A model generated the notes under the pieces. The model did not search any database and had not been told where the DNA came from. It worked only from the letters and a program-made list of their open reading frames with translations. A stretch of 63,653 nucleotides of DNA, the filler included, from Choristocarpus tenellus KU-1152 (Eukaryota; Protista; Phaeophyceae), in NCBI GenBank assembly GCA_964200185.2. It is 10 parts of 10 records of this genome, joined end to end, with 100 filler letters (N's around TTAATTAATTAA, not from the genome) between each part and the next. Parts side by side here need not be neighbours in the genome. Positions count along the whole stretch, not along the records: positions 50,349 to 55,928 come from CAXNAD020010355.1; positions 56,029 to 60,546 come from CAXNAD020014192.1; positions 60,647 to 63,653 come from CAXNAD020022979.1; 7 more parts are not named here. The stretch is one strand, 5' to 3'. Of the stretch, positions 52,270 to 63,653 are shown piece by piece (position 1 is the stretch's first letter; every line of letters begins with the position of its first letter). The translations under genes were made by a program, and so were the position numbers.

Positions 52270-53143
52270 GAATCAAAGTATCTTAGAGGGTAGAGAGTCG
52301 CGTTCATTTGGGGGTCAAAATCCAATGTTGCCATTTTGATGTAATTTTGACTATCGTGTTTGTTCGGAAGTGTCAATATCCTTGTTCCGAACACACCTTT
52401 TAATAATGCGTACACATTTTACCTGCTTAGAAACATTTTGGAGTAGGAAAATGTCATAAAAAACCCGTGGAAAGCCAAGCCCCAAATGAATAAACAGGGC
52501 AAAATGCGTACCCTCCAAGATACTTTCACACTCAAATTATCTTAGAGGGTAGAGCCTCGTCCGTTTGGCGACCAAAATCCAATGTTGAAAGTTTTATGTA
52601 ATGTTGGCTTTCAGGTTTGTTAGGAAGTGTCAATATCCTTGTTGCAGACGCACCTTTTCATAACCCTACTCCAAAACATTTCGGAGTAGGTAAAATTTCC
52701 CAAAAAAAACCAGTGGGAATCCAAGCCCCAAATGGACAAACAGGGCAAAACTCCTACCCTCTAAGACAATTTCCCTTGGATGCCACTATCGGATCCGTCC
52801 TATCTGCTATTTTTGACCGCGGTGTCCCTATTTTCCCGGACAGAAGTAAAAATATTTTGAAGGAAAGCCGTTGGGGGTTCTTGGCGAGCGAAAGAATCTT
52901 AGAGGGTAGAGCTGTGTCCATTTGGGGGCCAATATCCAATGTTGCGATTTTGATGTAATTTTGGCTATCGTGTTTGTTAGGAAAGGTCAATACCTTTGTT
53001 CAAAACACACCTTTTCATAACGTATACAATTTACTTATTCTGAAACATTTCAGAGTAGGAAAATGTCATAAAAAACTCGTTGAAAGCCAAGCCCCAAACG
53101 GACAAACAGGGCAAAATTCGTACCCTCTAAGATACTTTCACTA
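52270..53143 (-). mobile_element. Three direct-orientation MITE family A copies (52270-52529, ~52530-52777, 52886-53143)
   Basis: Three successive ATCTTAGAGGGTAGAG ... TACCCTCYAAGA units; the first two abut. Confidence 0.9.
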
Positions 53144-53289
53144 TTGCAACCATCCTTTCCATGGGAATTCTCCATGCCTGACTCGGAATATGCTACCCCC
53201 CCCCCCTGCTTCCACAAATCTCTCCCCAGTTCATACGACCCGTGTCACATCTCGCGTTGAGGTCTCCGTCCTATTAGCAGAGGGGTTGC

Positions 53290-55900
53290 GTTCCTCATTC
53301 TCCACCGTGACATCCCTGTAAACGTTTGGCCTGTCGGCACGAGGACTCCTGGCATCCAGATTCTTCCCGGTCTTGGTGATTTTTGCCCTCTTTGCAGAAG
53401 GCTTGTTCTTGCTGAAGGAAACCGACGATTTCTGGACAATCCTACAATCTCTCGAGTCATCCTCACTGGTGCTCCCACACAGTGCATGCGAGAAGTGTGC
53501 CACTGGAATTCTCATCCCATCCGGACGTGCCCTTGTATGCTCAAGTCACATAGTACCAAGGAGGTTGTGCGGAATCAGTTTGTCCACGCATACTCCCCGT
53601 TGTGGAGACGGACCTGGAACGAAAGACCTCCCATGAGATCAAGGTGTGACTTGTGCACATCCACGGCTAATCATATAGTGACATGCCTGTGTTGTGGTCT
53701 TTTAGACGTAGACAAGGATCAACCATGTCACAGTAACATAAGCCATAGTTTGTATGCTGTGTCGCTCACTCATGATGCACAACATCTCCGTCTTTTTGTG
53801 CTATTTCCCAAGGCGCTGTCCTCTCGTATCGGTCTTACCTCCCCCAACAGATCGACGAAGGACGAAATGATCGAGAGGGTCAAGTTAGAGTTTACATAGT
53901 TCAGGACCAAGAATCTCATGACTGACGACGTAATCCTCGCCACCTGCATGACGGGAGAGCCTAACTCCAAGTCGAGGAGTAACAGAACCGAGGACAACGA
54001 TGACGAAGACGACGCAGGGTCTACATACAAGCATAAGAGGAGGCAAAAGGGGAGTCTGCTGCAAGGACAAAAGGGACGGTCAAGACCGCATGTGTGAAAC
54101 AATGTCTTCGTCGAGCACGAAAGAATTCCTCCCCTATAATTCAACATACGCACAGTTCCATCACAGCAACATCTTTATAACTATGGTGGGTCACTTTTTC
54201 CAAAACAAAATCCTCAACTATTGCTCCCTGTAAGTCCAGGTACTATTCCCATGGACGGAGGGGATCCCCACACTGTTGAGGTCCTCTTCACAAACTTCGT
54301 CCTGAACCTTTTCCTCCATCACAACACCATCTGGCAGACGCGACAATACAAATAACTGCAATCCCGCCTCCCAAAAGGCCACGCTGCCATACCTGCGGAC
54401 TTCAGTTCCCAACTTCCACACAACAACCAGACTTGAAACAACAGGAGTTCTTTAATCTATTCTTGATAGCGCTCTTGCCCATAGTTTGGTGGTTGGGGGA
54501 TCTGAGGGAAGGGAAGGATCTGGGCTCACAGCACTTCGATATGTATCAAGGACCAAAGTCAGGACAAATGAGTTCGTTCAGAATGCTGTGGAGATGTTTA
54601 TAAAGAATCACCTAATACGTTTGGCCTTGGAATATGGACAGACTCTGGATGTCCTCCACATCTGGTCTGGTAGCTGTGGAAGTCAATTCAAAAATATAGG
54701 TGGCAGATGTGATGAATTTCTCAGTCGATTGCGCGGACAGAAATTGCAGTAATACACAACTTCTTCTCCTCCTACCATGGCAAATCCATATCTGATGGAG
54801 TCGGGGCTGTGGTGAAATGGGTGCGGATGCTGGCAACCTCATCCTTGGTGTAGACAATCAAGACGACCTAGACATAGTACCCATTAAGGGATCTGACAAC
54901 AGAGGAAGAGGGGCACATCCGTAGGGACTCCAAGGTTCCTCCTGGACAAAAATCATCACCAAGGTCGGTACCCTCCATCCACACACCCCTCATCCTTGCA
55001 TGTTTCACCTCTCTTTCCAAAAATGACAGACCTCGTTGTCCATTCCTAGATTCAACACATCAGTACTCCGAAAAAATAAATTAACGAACAAATCTCTCCT
55101 TAAAGGGAGAAAATACGCATTAGACAAATCGTGCATACGAACTTCTCCACCAATCACAACCTGACGAGTTGCACTACATCCATTTCACCAACGTATACAC
55201 CTCTTCTCCGAATGCAACATATTAGGACTGGACAGATAACGAGGGCAATTTGCACAGAAACGCATTCGCGAAACTTCTCCAGAATGAGACATTCAGAAGC
55301 CAGGAGATCGTTCATCTTCCGACTTACAAGAGATCGATCGGGAGGGATGACAGGATTACCGCATCCCCAAGTTCAGTAGCATGAAGTCCATACACAGGTT
55401 CTTCACTGGTCAACGGACCAACGGCAACTCTTCGACGTTGACGTACACAGAGATGTTGTGCTACTGCACCAACTGTTCCATCGGCAACCTCGCCAACTAT
55501 CCTTGCAGCAGTTGAACAATGGTATTCCAACTACACACAAACAGGCAACAAGCTGTTAGTGGCAAGGTACCCACGTGCCTGTGTTGAAAGAGAAGACCTC
55601 GGATTTTCCACAGAGAATCAGGTGGGCGACATGTACCTGAGGAGTCAACTCTCCAGGAAAAAGCAGCAGATCGTGGTGGAAAATATATGCGTTTGTGCAA
55701 GCGGAGCCATCGGAGTACAATGGGTTGGAGTTCCTGCCGTTCAATGTGCACCAGGAGGACATGGTTGAATGGAACGTCAAAGACCATCCCAGCTATGGAG
55801 GGATGTTCAGTGCTGACAATGAGGTGGTCTTTGTCAGGGAAGACTTCGAGGTGTTGAGTGCCAGCTTTGTCAATGGAGTGCCGACAGTTCGCTGTTCGTA
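53290..55900 (+). mobile_element. Degenerate DNA transposase, Sola2-like, with Cys-rich regions
   Basis: VLHIWSGSCGSQFKN (cf. WSDGC..QFKN), HNFFSSYHGKSISDGVGAVVK (cf. SHGK..DG.G..VK), downstream LCYCTNC; many stops and frameshifts; boundaries approximate. Confidence 0.55.
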
Positions 55901-55928
55901 GGTAGTGCTGCTGGTACACTATAGACAC

Positions 55929-56028
55929 NNNNNNNNNNNNNNNNNNNNNNNNNNNNNNNNNNNNNNNNNNNNTTAATTAATTAANNNNNNNNNNNNNNNN
56001 NNNNNNNNNNNNNNNNNNNNNNNNNNNN
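55929..56028. other. Artificial contig linker
   Basis: N44-TTAATTAATTAA-N44. Confidence 0.98.
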
Positions 56029-56036
56029 GGGGGGGT

Positions 56037-56068
<32 letters not shown>

Positions 56069-57523
56069 GGGGGGTACGTGTGTGTGGATAGGTGTAGCCT
56101 TGAAGGCAGGTAGGTGTGTTGTACTATGCTGTAAAGGGTTTTCCACGAGAGTCGTGTTGAGCGTTATTGGTTATGGTGATATGTACGGTGTAGGTGAGGT
56201 TCGATGAAGGCTATTTTTTTTTTTGTCGAGGAGTGTACCTGGCGAATTATTGGGAGTTGGTTTTCATGTGAGACTGGGAATGTATTGGTGGCCTTATTGA
56301 GAGTATTTTGAATACCTTCTTTTGTGATTTGATTTTGAGAATGTGGGAATTTTGTACCTTGGTTGAATACTTCAAGGATGACAGGATTTCTACGAATTTG
56401 TGGTTTGCAACTTGACTGTTTTCTTTGTGGTAATTGGATTGGGGTGGTGTGTGTGTGGGGGGGGGGGGAGGTTAGGTTTGAAACTTAAAATAGTGTTAAA
56501 TGTGTTTATTTTTAGCATTCATATAAGCATGTAACAGGTCATTTGAACGTGAGTTCAACACACGCTGAAAGTTAAGTATTTTTGTGTACGTCATTTAAGA
56601 ATAGAAGTGAAACTGTATTTTATGTAGTAGTGGTGATGTGCTTTGATATATGCCTGTTGGAGCTTTGTGTCCATCATTTCTGGTACGCTTTGGTGATAGC
56701 TGTATTTTTTTTTAATCTTTTCAAGGCTCTCGTTTGAGGACTCAGCTCTACTTCCGGGATTTTTTATCTAAGTAGTGAAGAGAGGGTGTGGTTGCAATGT
56801 CTTATTCGAATGTGTTGAAACGCATTGATTTCATTATGTTACTGTGAGAGTTCAAACAGTATGTTTAGTATCCACTAGTGTCACAAACTGGGGAAAAAGA
56901 ACTACTGCATTGAAATTCTGGTTATGTTGTCTTCGTAGGGAGTTCCTATCATGTGTGTTTGCGTTTCTGAAAGTATGGTTGGGGTATGGGTAAGTGTAGA
57001 TACCTGTGGGCGGCGAACGACAGGTGAATTGATGAGGGTTAGGGAATTGAGGGGCTTCGTTGCCTGAAATATACACATTTTTATGTATATTTGTGTATGT
57101 ATGAATATGGTTATTGATGTGTTAATTCCTCGGGTGTGTATTAGTGTGCCACATGTGTGCGTTGGTCTCGTGGAGTAGAAGAACTCTGTGCAAACTGTAG
57201 ATTTGTATTGTCTTTCTGGTGCTCCTCTCCACAGTTTATCGTGACATGACCTGTCTTCAGCGCAGTCTTTTTGTTGGCTCTTTTGGGGATGGTTTGTTTG
57301 AGTTCTCGGTTGGCATTTTTTTTTTTTTCTTTCTTAATATGTCTGTTTTTTGTCATCCGATCTGGTCAATCCGTTGCTGGTGGTCTCTCGAGTGCATCCA
57401 AGTTGCACCACGCCGTTTATGAGATTGTTCTTTGACCGCAAAGTCCGTTGGATTTGCCACAAGTATTTTAGATGTAGAAAAGAAGAAAATGTCCCAATGC
57501 TTTAGTTTTTTTTTCTTTTTTAG

Positions 57524-58601
57524 GTCCTCTTCCCCCACCTCACGCATTGCACCCCTTGCAATTCTCAGGGACCTCCTATCGGGAGTAGTATCCCCTCCCC
57601 TGGCCGCAAGACCTCTCTACGAGTGCCTGGAAGCAAGTTCGAACGTGCCTGGGCAGACAGGGGCTTACGGCACTTGGTCAGAAGGGATGGGTGGAAATCA
57701 CTTGGTGGGGAGCAGAGATTTGTAGAAGGGTGTATCTTCCAACAGTGAGAGCAGTAGTGGGGGTTGGATGTGACATGTATTGTGGTGAGGAGCAACCTGC
57801 TTTGCGCACTTGCTTGGAATGTTGGAGAGACATGGCTCACTGGTGTGTTAAGTGTGGTGAGAGGGACAGCCCACGTTTGTTTGTTTTGTCTCATGGTGTG
57901 TGGATGTTGAGCGATCAATCCGCTGCCGATCTAGTTTCAGTTTGGTTGATACGTTTTTTTATTACGTGGTATATATATCGCCCTGGTGAGCGCACTCACT
58001 ACCTTCAGGGTGATGCAGTAACCCTTGCTGCCACTCCAATCTGTTCTGTTGCTGGTTGGTCTGTATTTTGTGATGGTGTGAGAGGATAATTTTTCTGTTT
58101 TGTGTGTGTGTGTTTGTTGTCTTTTGTATTGTTTATCTGTATGTAAAGAGAGAGAGAGAGAGAGATGAGTAAAGTGTGTGTACCAATGGTGACGTAGGTG
58201 CAAGGCTCCCCTTATTCCCAATGGATTCATGTACACTGTGGCATCCATATCGTTTCGGAACTTTGGAATGGGGAAGCCAGAGAGCTGTGAGGGGGAAGGA
58301 GGGTGAGTGAGGTGTTGGAGGTTTGTGTAGACAACGTAGTGCTCCTCTGTCTCACCGTTTGTCTCTTTGTAGGCAGTGATCATCCTCAATGGTGAATGGC
58401 GAGGGGGGGGGAGGGTTTCGAGATGTTGGGAGGGCTGCATATCCTGGACCATGTGTGTGTGTTACTCATCTTCAGTGAGCTGGTCTCTCTTGTGTGGCAG
58501 ACTTTTGTAGCTGCTCATATTGGGTTGAAGGTTTCCCAAAACTGCAGGAAATTGTAGGGAAACGTGTAGGACCAACTCCATGTCCGAGATTCTTCCATTT
58601 G
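57524..58601 (+). CDS. Possible short internal exons of an unidentified gene
   Basis: Polypyrimidine-AG starts and GT ends around VLFPHLTHC...GLRHL, GDAVTLAATPICSVA, GSDHPQW and CSYWVEGFPKL...RFFHL. Confidence 0.35.
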
Positions 58602-59885
58602 GTGACCTCACAAAGGGTGGGGTTGTATTTGGGGATTTCATTGGGGTTGTATGCACTGGTGGAAGACTGTCATGTTTAACTTGAACCAAAGGTTAATATA
58701 GGTAAAAACTGTTCAAGGTCAAGAGTATTGTGGGCACTTGATATCCTTGGTGATGCATGCAGAGGCAGAAATTGCACTGCGCTTGTATGAGGACAGGAAG
58801 GCGTAGATGAGATTTTAAAAAAGCAGGCATGCACATAGCAGATACAGGATAGGTACCTAGTAAGAATATATAAATACACAAGTAATTCAGCATAGTGAAA
58901 TGCACAAATATCAGATGGATCAATGATAACCCAGTAGAAGGGTCATTCTTGCTTGGCTGTGTGTTGTGAGGTCGGCAACAGGAGCACTTTCAACTAGACC
59001 ACACTACAAGGTTGATTGGCTACACTTGGGGTAATTGATGTAGCAGTATATTGTACTATCATGTATGCATGGTATTGGATGGTGGGTAGGTACTGCATGA
59101 GGATGCCATCTACTTTGCCCTTTTTGTTCTTCGTATGGTAAATATGAGGGGTTTTGTGATATATACTGCATTAGAAGTCAATTGTAGGTCTTACTTTAGG
59201 AGCATTTGGAGGCAGTAGTAGTATTGAATATATAGTTCTTGCTTGGCTTGACTTGTGGATGGGGAGGTTGACTGACGCTCCTATTCTGAACATTGTGCCT
59301 ACACAATGCATTTAGGGTTAGAGTGCTAAGCCAAGCATTTTTGTCAATATGATAAAAAGAGTGTAGAAATCGAATGAACTGCACTGTGTGTGTAGAGGAA
59401 ATAATGAAATGCCAATTTTGCACTGTCATAATCGACAATGGCACATGAAGGTAAATTTGTACCTGATGCCGCAATTGCACAAAAGTTGTATCCCGATAAT
59501 GCAGCAATAAATAAGGAGCACGCAGATCAATCACACACAACATGGGTTCCTCAAAAACCTCGAGAAAACTGAACCAATAGTGCGTGCCATCATATTGAGG
59601 GGAAAAAGGGTGCTGGGCAAAGATTGCTTTATGCTAGAGACTTCCCAGTACACTCACAACAAGCATGGCCAAGTACAAATAAGAACAGTTTTCAGAACTT
59701 GATGGTACGATGTTGAGGTCACTCCTGGAACAAACAGTTGGTGAACAGAAATCGACATCAGTTAGCCTGTAGTACAAACGAGTTGAAGGAACAAAGGAGG
59801 AGAAGCCGTGTAATCACATCAGCAGGTAACCTGTTCTCAGGCAATCATCATCCATCCTTCCCCCCCGCCCAGCCGTCCCAACCAC

Positions 59886-60446
59886 CTCATTCACCAAAAC
59901 CCGCGTCCTATCCAAAACTGTCATGAGATGACTGCTGGTGAATTTTACACCAGTTGGAAGCATCAAACGATAATCCGAGTTTGCCACAACCCCAGGTAGT
60001 GGCAACTCCATCAGCCGTCTTGCTCTAACAGTAGTACAGGGATCGTAAGGCCGAAAACTCTGGAGTGAGCCCTGTCCTACTCCTGACCCAAACCGAGAGG
60101 TTGGAGTTGAGTGTGACCATCTTGAATCTGACTTCGGATCCCAAGAACGAGACTGAGATGGGATGGTTCTTTGATGTAAGGGCTCAAGCGATTCATTAGA
60201 GAGGAGTCGGGACTCTACGGCAGGAGTGCTTTGGTGTTCGTGCTTTGGCCACTCCCATGAACTACAGTGTGTACCGTACTCTGTTCCTCGCCCCCCTCCA
60301 TGCACAGCTGTGGTTAGACCGTGCTCTTCAGTCCAGAAGTCGGGTGAGTTGCCTGAGCAGATAAGGGGGCCAAGTTGGCGATTTTGGGTCTCCCCCATGC
60401 GACGAACATCCCAAGTCTCGATCCTCTTACTCCTGAGGGAGTGCCA

Positions 60447-60492
<46 letters not shown>

Positions 60493-60546
60493 ACCCCCCC
60501 CGCCGCCCGGCCAGGCTCCGGCGGGCGGCTGGGGGTCAACCTGGAC
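59886..60546 (-). CDS. Probable large low-complexity exon (partial)
   Basis: 241-codon open frame from the contig end, with a plausible donor after ...RTRVLVNE|GTGGTT; no domain recognised. Confidence 0.4.
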
Positions 60547-60646
60547 NNNNNNNNNNNNNNNNNNNNNNNNNNNNNNNNNNNNNNNNNNNNTTAATTAATT
60601 AANNNNNNNNNNNNNNNNNNNNNNNNNNNNNNNNNNNNNNNNNNNN
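60547..60646. other. Artificial contig linker
   Basis: N44-TTAATTAATTAA-N44. Confidence 0.98.
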
Positions 60647-62043
60647 ATTCTTTCAGCGGTAGTTCCTTGCTGTCCTCACTTAGCTCCAGAGCGGGCACCA
60701 CAACAGCAACAGACCTCGCAGCACCAGCTGCAAGTCTCTCTTGAACCTCACTTAAGTGCAGCTCTGACCGGAGATTGCTTGAAGGAATAAAGTCTGAGTC
60801 TACAAGGAACACAGTTGGGGCTGGGTGGGCCATGTTGTCGCAGGCCTGCCAAAAGAGGTCTGTGCATGTTAGTGAGGTGTGCGCAAGTCTATGTCTGTTT
60901 TTGTGAATGCGAGCTTGTACCAGCAGGGGCTGGTAACAGGGCGGGCGGGGTGATGTATTGAATACCAATGTTGTGTGGTGCTTCTGTGGCAATGCATATA
61001 GTGTGGAGTGGCAAAGCTGTGAGGGTTGGGGAATGGGGCAGGGTGGAGGATGGGGTAAATACAAAATTGTTAAGCATGTGGAGAACTGTGCAGTACTCCA
61101 ACATATAATAAGAAATGATTCCAGGTAACTTCCAGTTGCTATCTTCGCGATGATATGACCTTGTCATAGAGGAGAATGAAATATCAGGATCATCATAGGT
61201 AAAACAATGCACAGGACGTCATCCCTCCCTTTTCCCTCCTTTCCCCATTCTTCTCGACAACATGTGGCATGCTTCAGTTATATAGGAGTGGGATCAAGCC
61301 ATGTAGTAACTGGTAGACCACATCATGCAGCAACATAGGAACACTTGACTTGGTGGTCTGTTGTACGCAAGTTTATCACCTGTATAAGGGCAAGGTTCCG
61401 AAGAGTGTTGACTGGATAAAGTAGGCCGCTATGGTCATATCTGCTGTGATCTTCTTCTGCCCCTTCCAGGACAGCAATGTCTACAGAGAGGTATGGAAGG
61501 GGAGAAATTTCTGTTCCCACTGCAGTGCATTTGTTGTTGCCTTTCTTCCCAGTGTGTGCCTCATTCACCTTCTTACAGAGTTCATGGATATCTGCAAGAG
61601 CCTGCTACCCCCAAGATGCAGGATACAATTCCAATGATGTGTGTCTAAGTGCGTTCGGTGAAGCTATGGGTGGGGATAATGTAATGGAATAGAGGATTGA
61701 AATGCAAAGAAACATACTGAGAAATGGGCATGCAAAGTGGGGAAAGAGGTATTCTTATATTCTTCCGCTCACTCCTTCCTGTACCTAATTGAATATATTC
61801 ATAGGACAAAAAAAATCGCTATTCTTCACGGAAGCTAAAAATCGAATTAGAGCAATGCACTAGTACAATAGTATGTTGAGTACCTTATTTTACCTTGCGT
61901 TTTTTTGAGACCGGGGTGGAGGGGATCAGGACCGCAAGGCTGATGTCACCCCTCCAGGCCAACGCCTGGGCAAGAGCACTTGGGAAGCAGTCTACTGAGC
62001 ATTGGGTGACAAGGGTCACCTTACAGTCAGGGGAAGGCGTGGC
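60647..62043 (-). CDS. Glycosyltransferase family 49 (LARGE/B4GAT1-like), exons 62043-61894, ~61604-61380 and 60845-60647 (partial)
   Basis: VTLVTQCSVD...W.GDISLAV, YPVNTLRNLA, VFLVDSDFIPS (DxD) and VVPALE occur in GT49 order; phase-0 GT-AG joins; more exons likely upstream. Confidence 0.85.
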
Positions 62044-62926
62044 CTGTGGTGGGGGCACCAGAATTACAGGTGAAAGGGTATGTAAACACCAGGAGAAGAG
62101 ACTATTGGATAAAACATGAAGGGAAACGACCCTTGTGCTGGCAGATTGAGTAGAAAGTTATTTGTTGAGAGTGGAAGGGAGGGTCGGGGGGAAGAGCTGA
62201 AGGTAAGGGTATTACATGGCAGCAGATCCAATGTATTTTTCTCAAAAGTATTGCAGAAAAATCAACATGCGAGCATGTTCCGATCATCTGCTCATTACAA
62301 ATACAAGGAGGACTGCTACATCGTGGAATGATATCGTTGTGTTTCGAACCTGCTCCTAAATTCTGCCTGTGTTTTGGAGCTTTGAACTGAGAGGATTTGT
62401 GAGTCACGAATAAACATCTCAGCTCTGACCAGATAGTTAAAAATTATTTAGGTCATAACCCATAGGTTTGAGAAAATAGGTCCCCCAGATGGCGAGGGAC
62501 CCTGTCAAAGGCAAAGAAAATGAGGTTAACATTGTACACATACACAACAGTCATTGCATGTGAAACAAACAGAATTTCGACCATGTGCACACACATCTGA
62601 TGCCTGAAACGATATTCGGTTGGCAAGCTGCACTGTAAACCTGGAAATGTTCCATCCAGATTTATGTCAATGCTCTGCATCTGAATTTGTAGCAACAGAG
62701 TTACTCTCCTGCAGGGACATGATTGAGACATTTCAAGTATCTTTGAAAGCACTCAACAGGGAGTCAATCATGTTATCAATGCCCTCCCTGCATCTACCCA
62801 CACACTCACAGAAAAAAAGTATATATATATACTTCTCTCATCCATTGAACAAATGCTTGTAGTAGTAGGTCATTGCAGCTCCATCCAAAAGATAGATCCT
62901 AGGGCTCAATAACACCACTGGCAGAA

Positions 62927-62958
62927 CCCCTAACCCTAAACCCTAAACCCTAAACCCT
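62927..62958. repeat. Short interstitial telomere-like tract (CCCTAA/CCCTAAA)
   Basis: CCCTAA followed by three CCCTAAA units and CCCT. Confidence 0.75.
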
Positions 62959-63653
62959 CACCTGGCATATCAATAAACAAACCTTACTAGCCATGCAAAC
63001 CTCCAACATTCCACATACTAGTACCTACTCAAAGCCGATACCCACACCCACACCAGATAATATAATTGGTGCCCTTTTGTGGAGAGTGACTTCCAACTCT
63101 TCCATGAAATTCTCGATTGCTGCCAACTAGTTAACCACAAATTTTCAGAATGATTCGATGCAATGACACACCATCTAAAGATGCAAGGAGTTTGATACAT
63201 GTAAAATATTTCTTGCCTAGTCATACCATGCATGCAACTAAGCCACAATCCTATTTTGAACAACCACGTAGAAACACCTCATCCCCCCCACCCTCACCCG
63301 ACCGGCATGAAAGACATGGATCTTCACGTTGTACTCAAACGCCACAGGCAACCCCAGCATCTTGACCTTCCTGATCATACCCGCCTCCCAATTCTCTTCC
63401 AAACACTGCTGCACACGAGCAGGAGTCCAGTCTCCCGTGCCAAGCAGCTTTCCTCCCCCACCCTCAAATGCTGGGGGTATGGCACTGCGGCGCTGGTGGT
63501 GGGCACGAGAACCCGAGTGAACCTACGAAAAAAATGTCGTGATGGGGTAAATGGGGGCAGGGGGGGGGGGGGGGGGCGTTAAGACAATGCAATCAACAGA
63601 TATGAAAAAAATGTTGGTGAAAAAAACCGGCTTCGACAAAGAGGGTGGCAAGG

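Noticed and set aside
52617-53321. Family of small proteins starting MLGSVNI/MLGKVNT or containing APNGQTGQNSYPLRYF (also 9157, 26274, 34903, 38777)
   Set aside because: These are chance reading frames through MITE family A copies; frames differ and break between copies.
62927-62958. True chromosome end
   Set aside because: Only about four units, with unique sequence on both sides.

Overview
This is eukaryotic nuclear DNA, not a prokaryotic or phage region. Ten draft contigs are concatenated with an artificial 100-nt linker (N44-TTAATTAATTAA-N44), so synteny across linkers cannot be assumed. Short GT-AG exons, TTAGGG-type repeats in introns, a CRE-like RLE retroelement and a 'GDPH..GF.GQ.FDF.G' family protein suggest a brown alga or close ochrophyte relative (inference). 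Content: one tRNA-Glu(CTC); fragments of several spliced genes (GT49/LARGE-like glycosyltransferase, a probable DUF3638/DUF3645-type giant protein, a coiled-coil protein with an FxF-rich tail, a membrane protein, a MORN-like last exon). There is also a dense layer of degraded transposons: a mariner, an intron-containing PIF/Harbinger, a Sola2-like transposase, a chromodomain Gypsy, a Copia, many CRE-like LINE 3' tails, and three MITE families sharing one terminal motif. The most notable oddities are (i) a short AT-rich bacterial-type glucose-6-phosphate isomerase fragment inside a nuclear contig, (ii) the three-family MITE system with composite and tandem forms and mostly 3-bp target duplications, and (iii) a 24-bp minisatellite made of six in-frame copies of an exon/5'-splice-site junction. 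I found no convincing intact, novel multi-gene system. Protein family calls are from motif recognition by eye, not from database searches.
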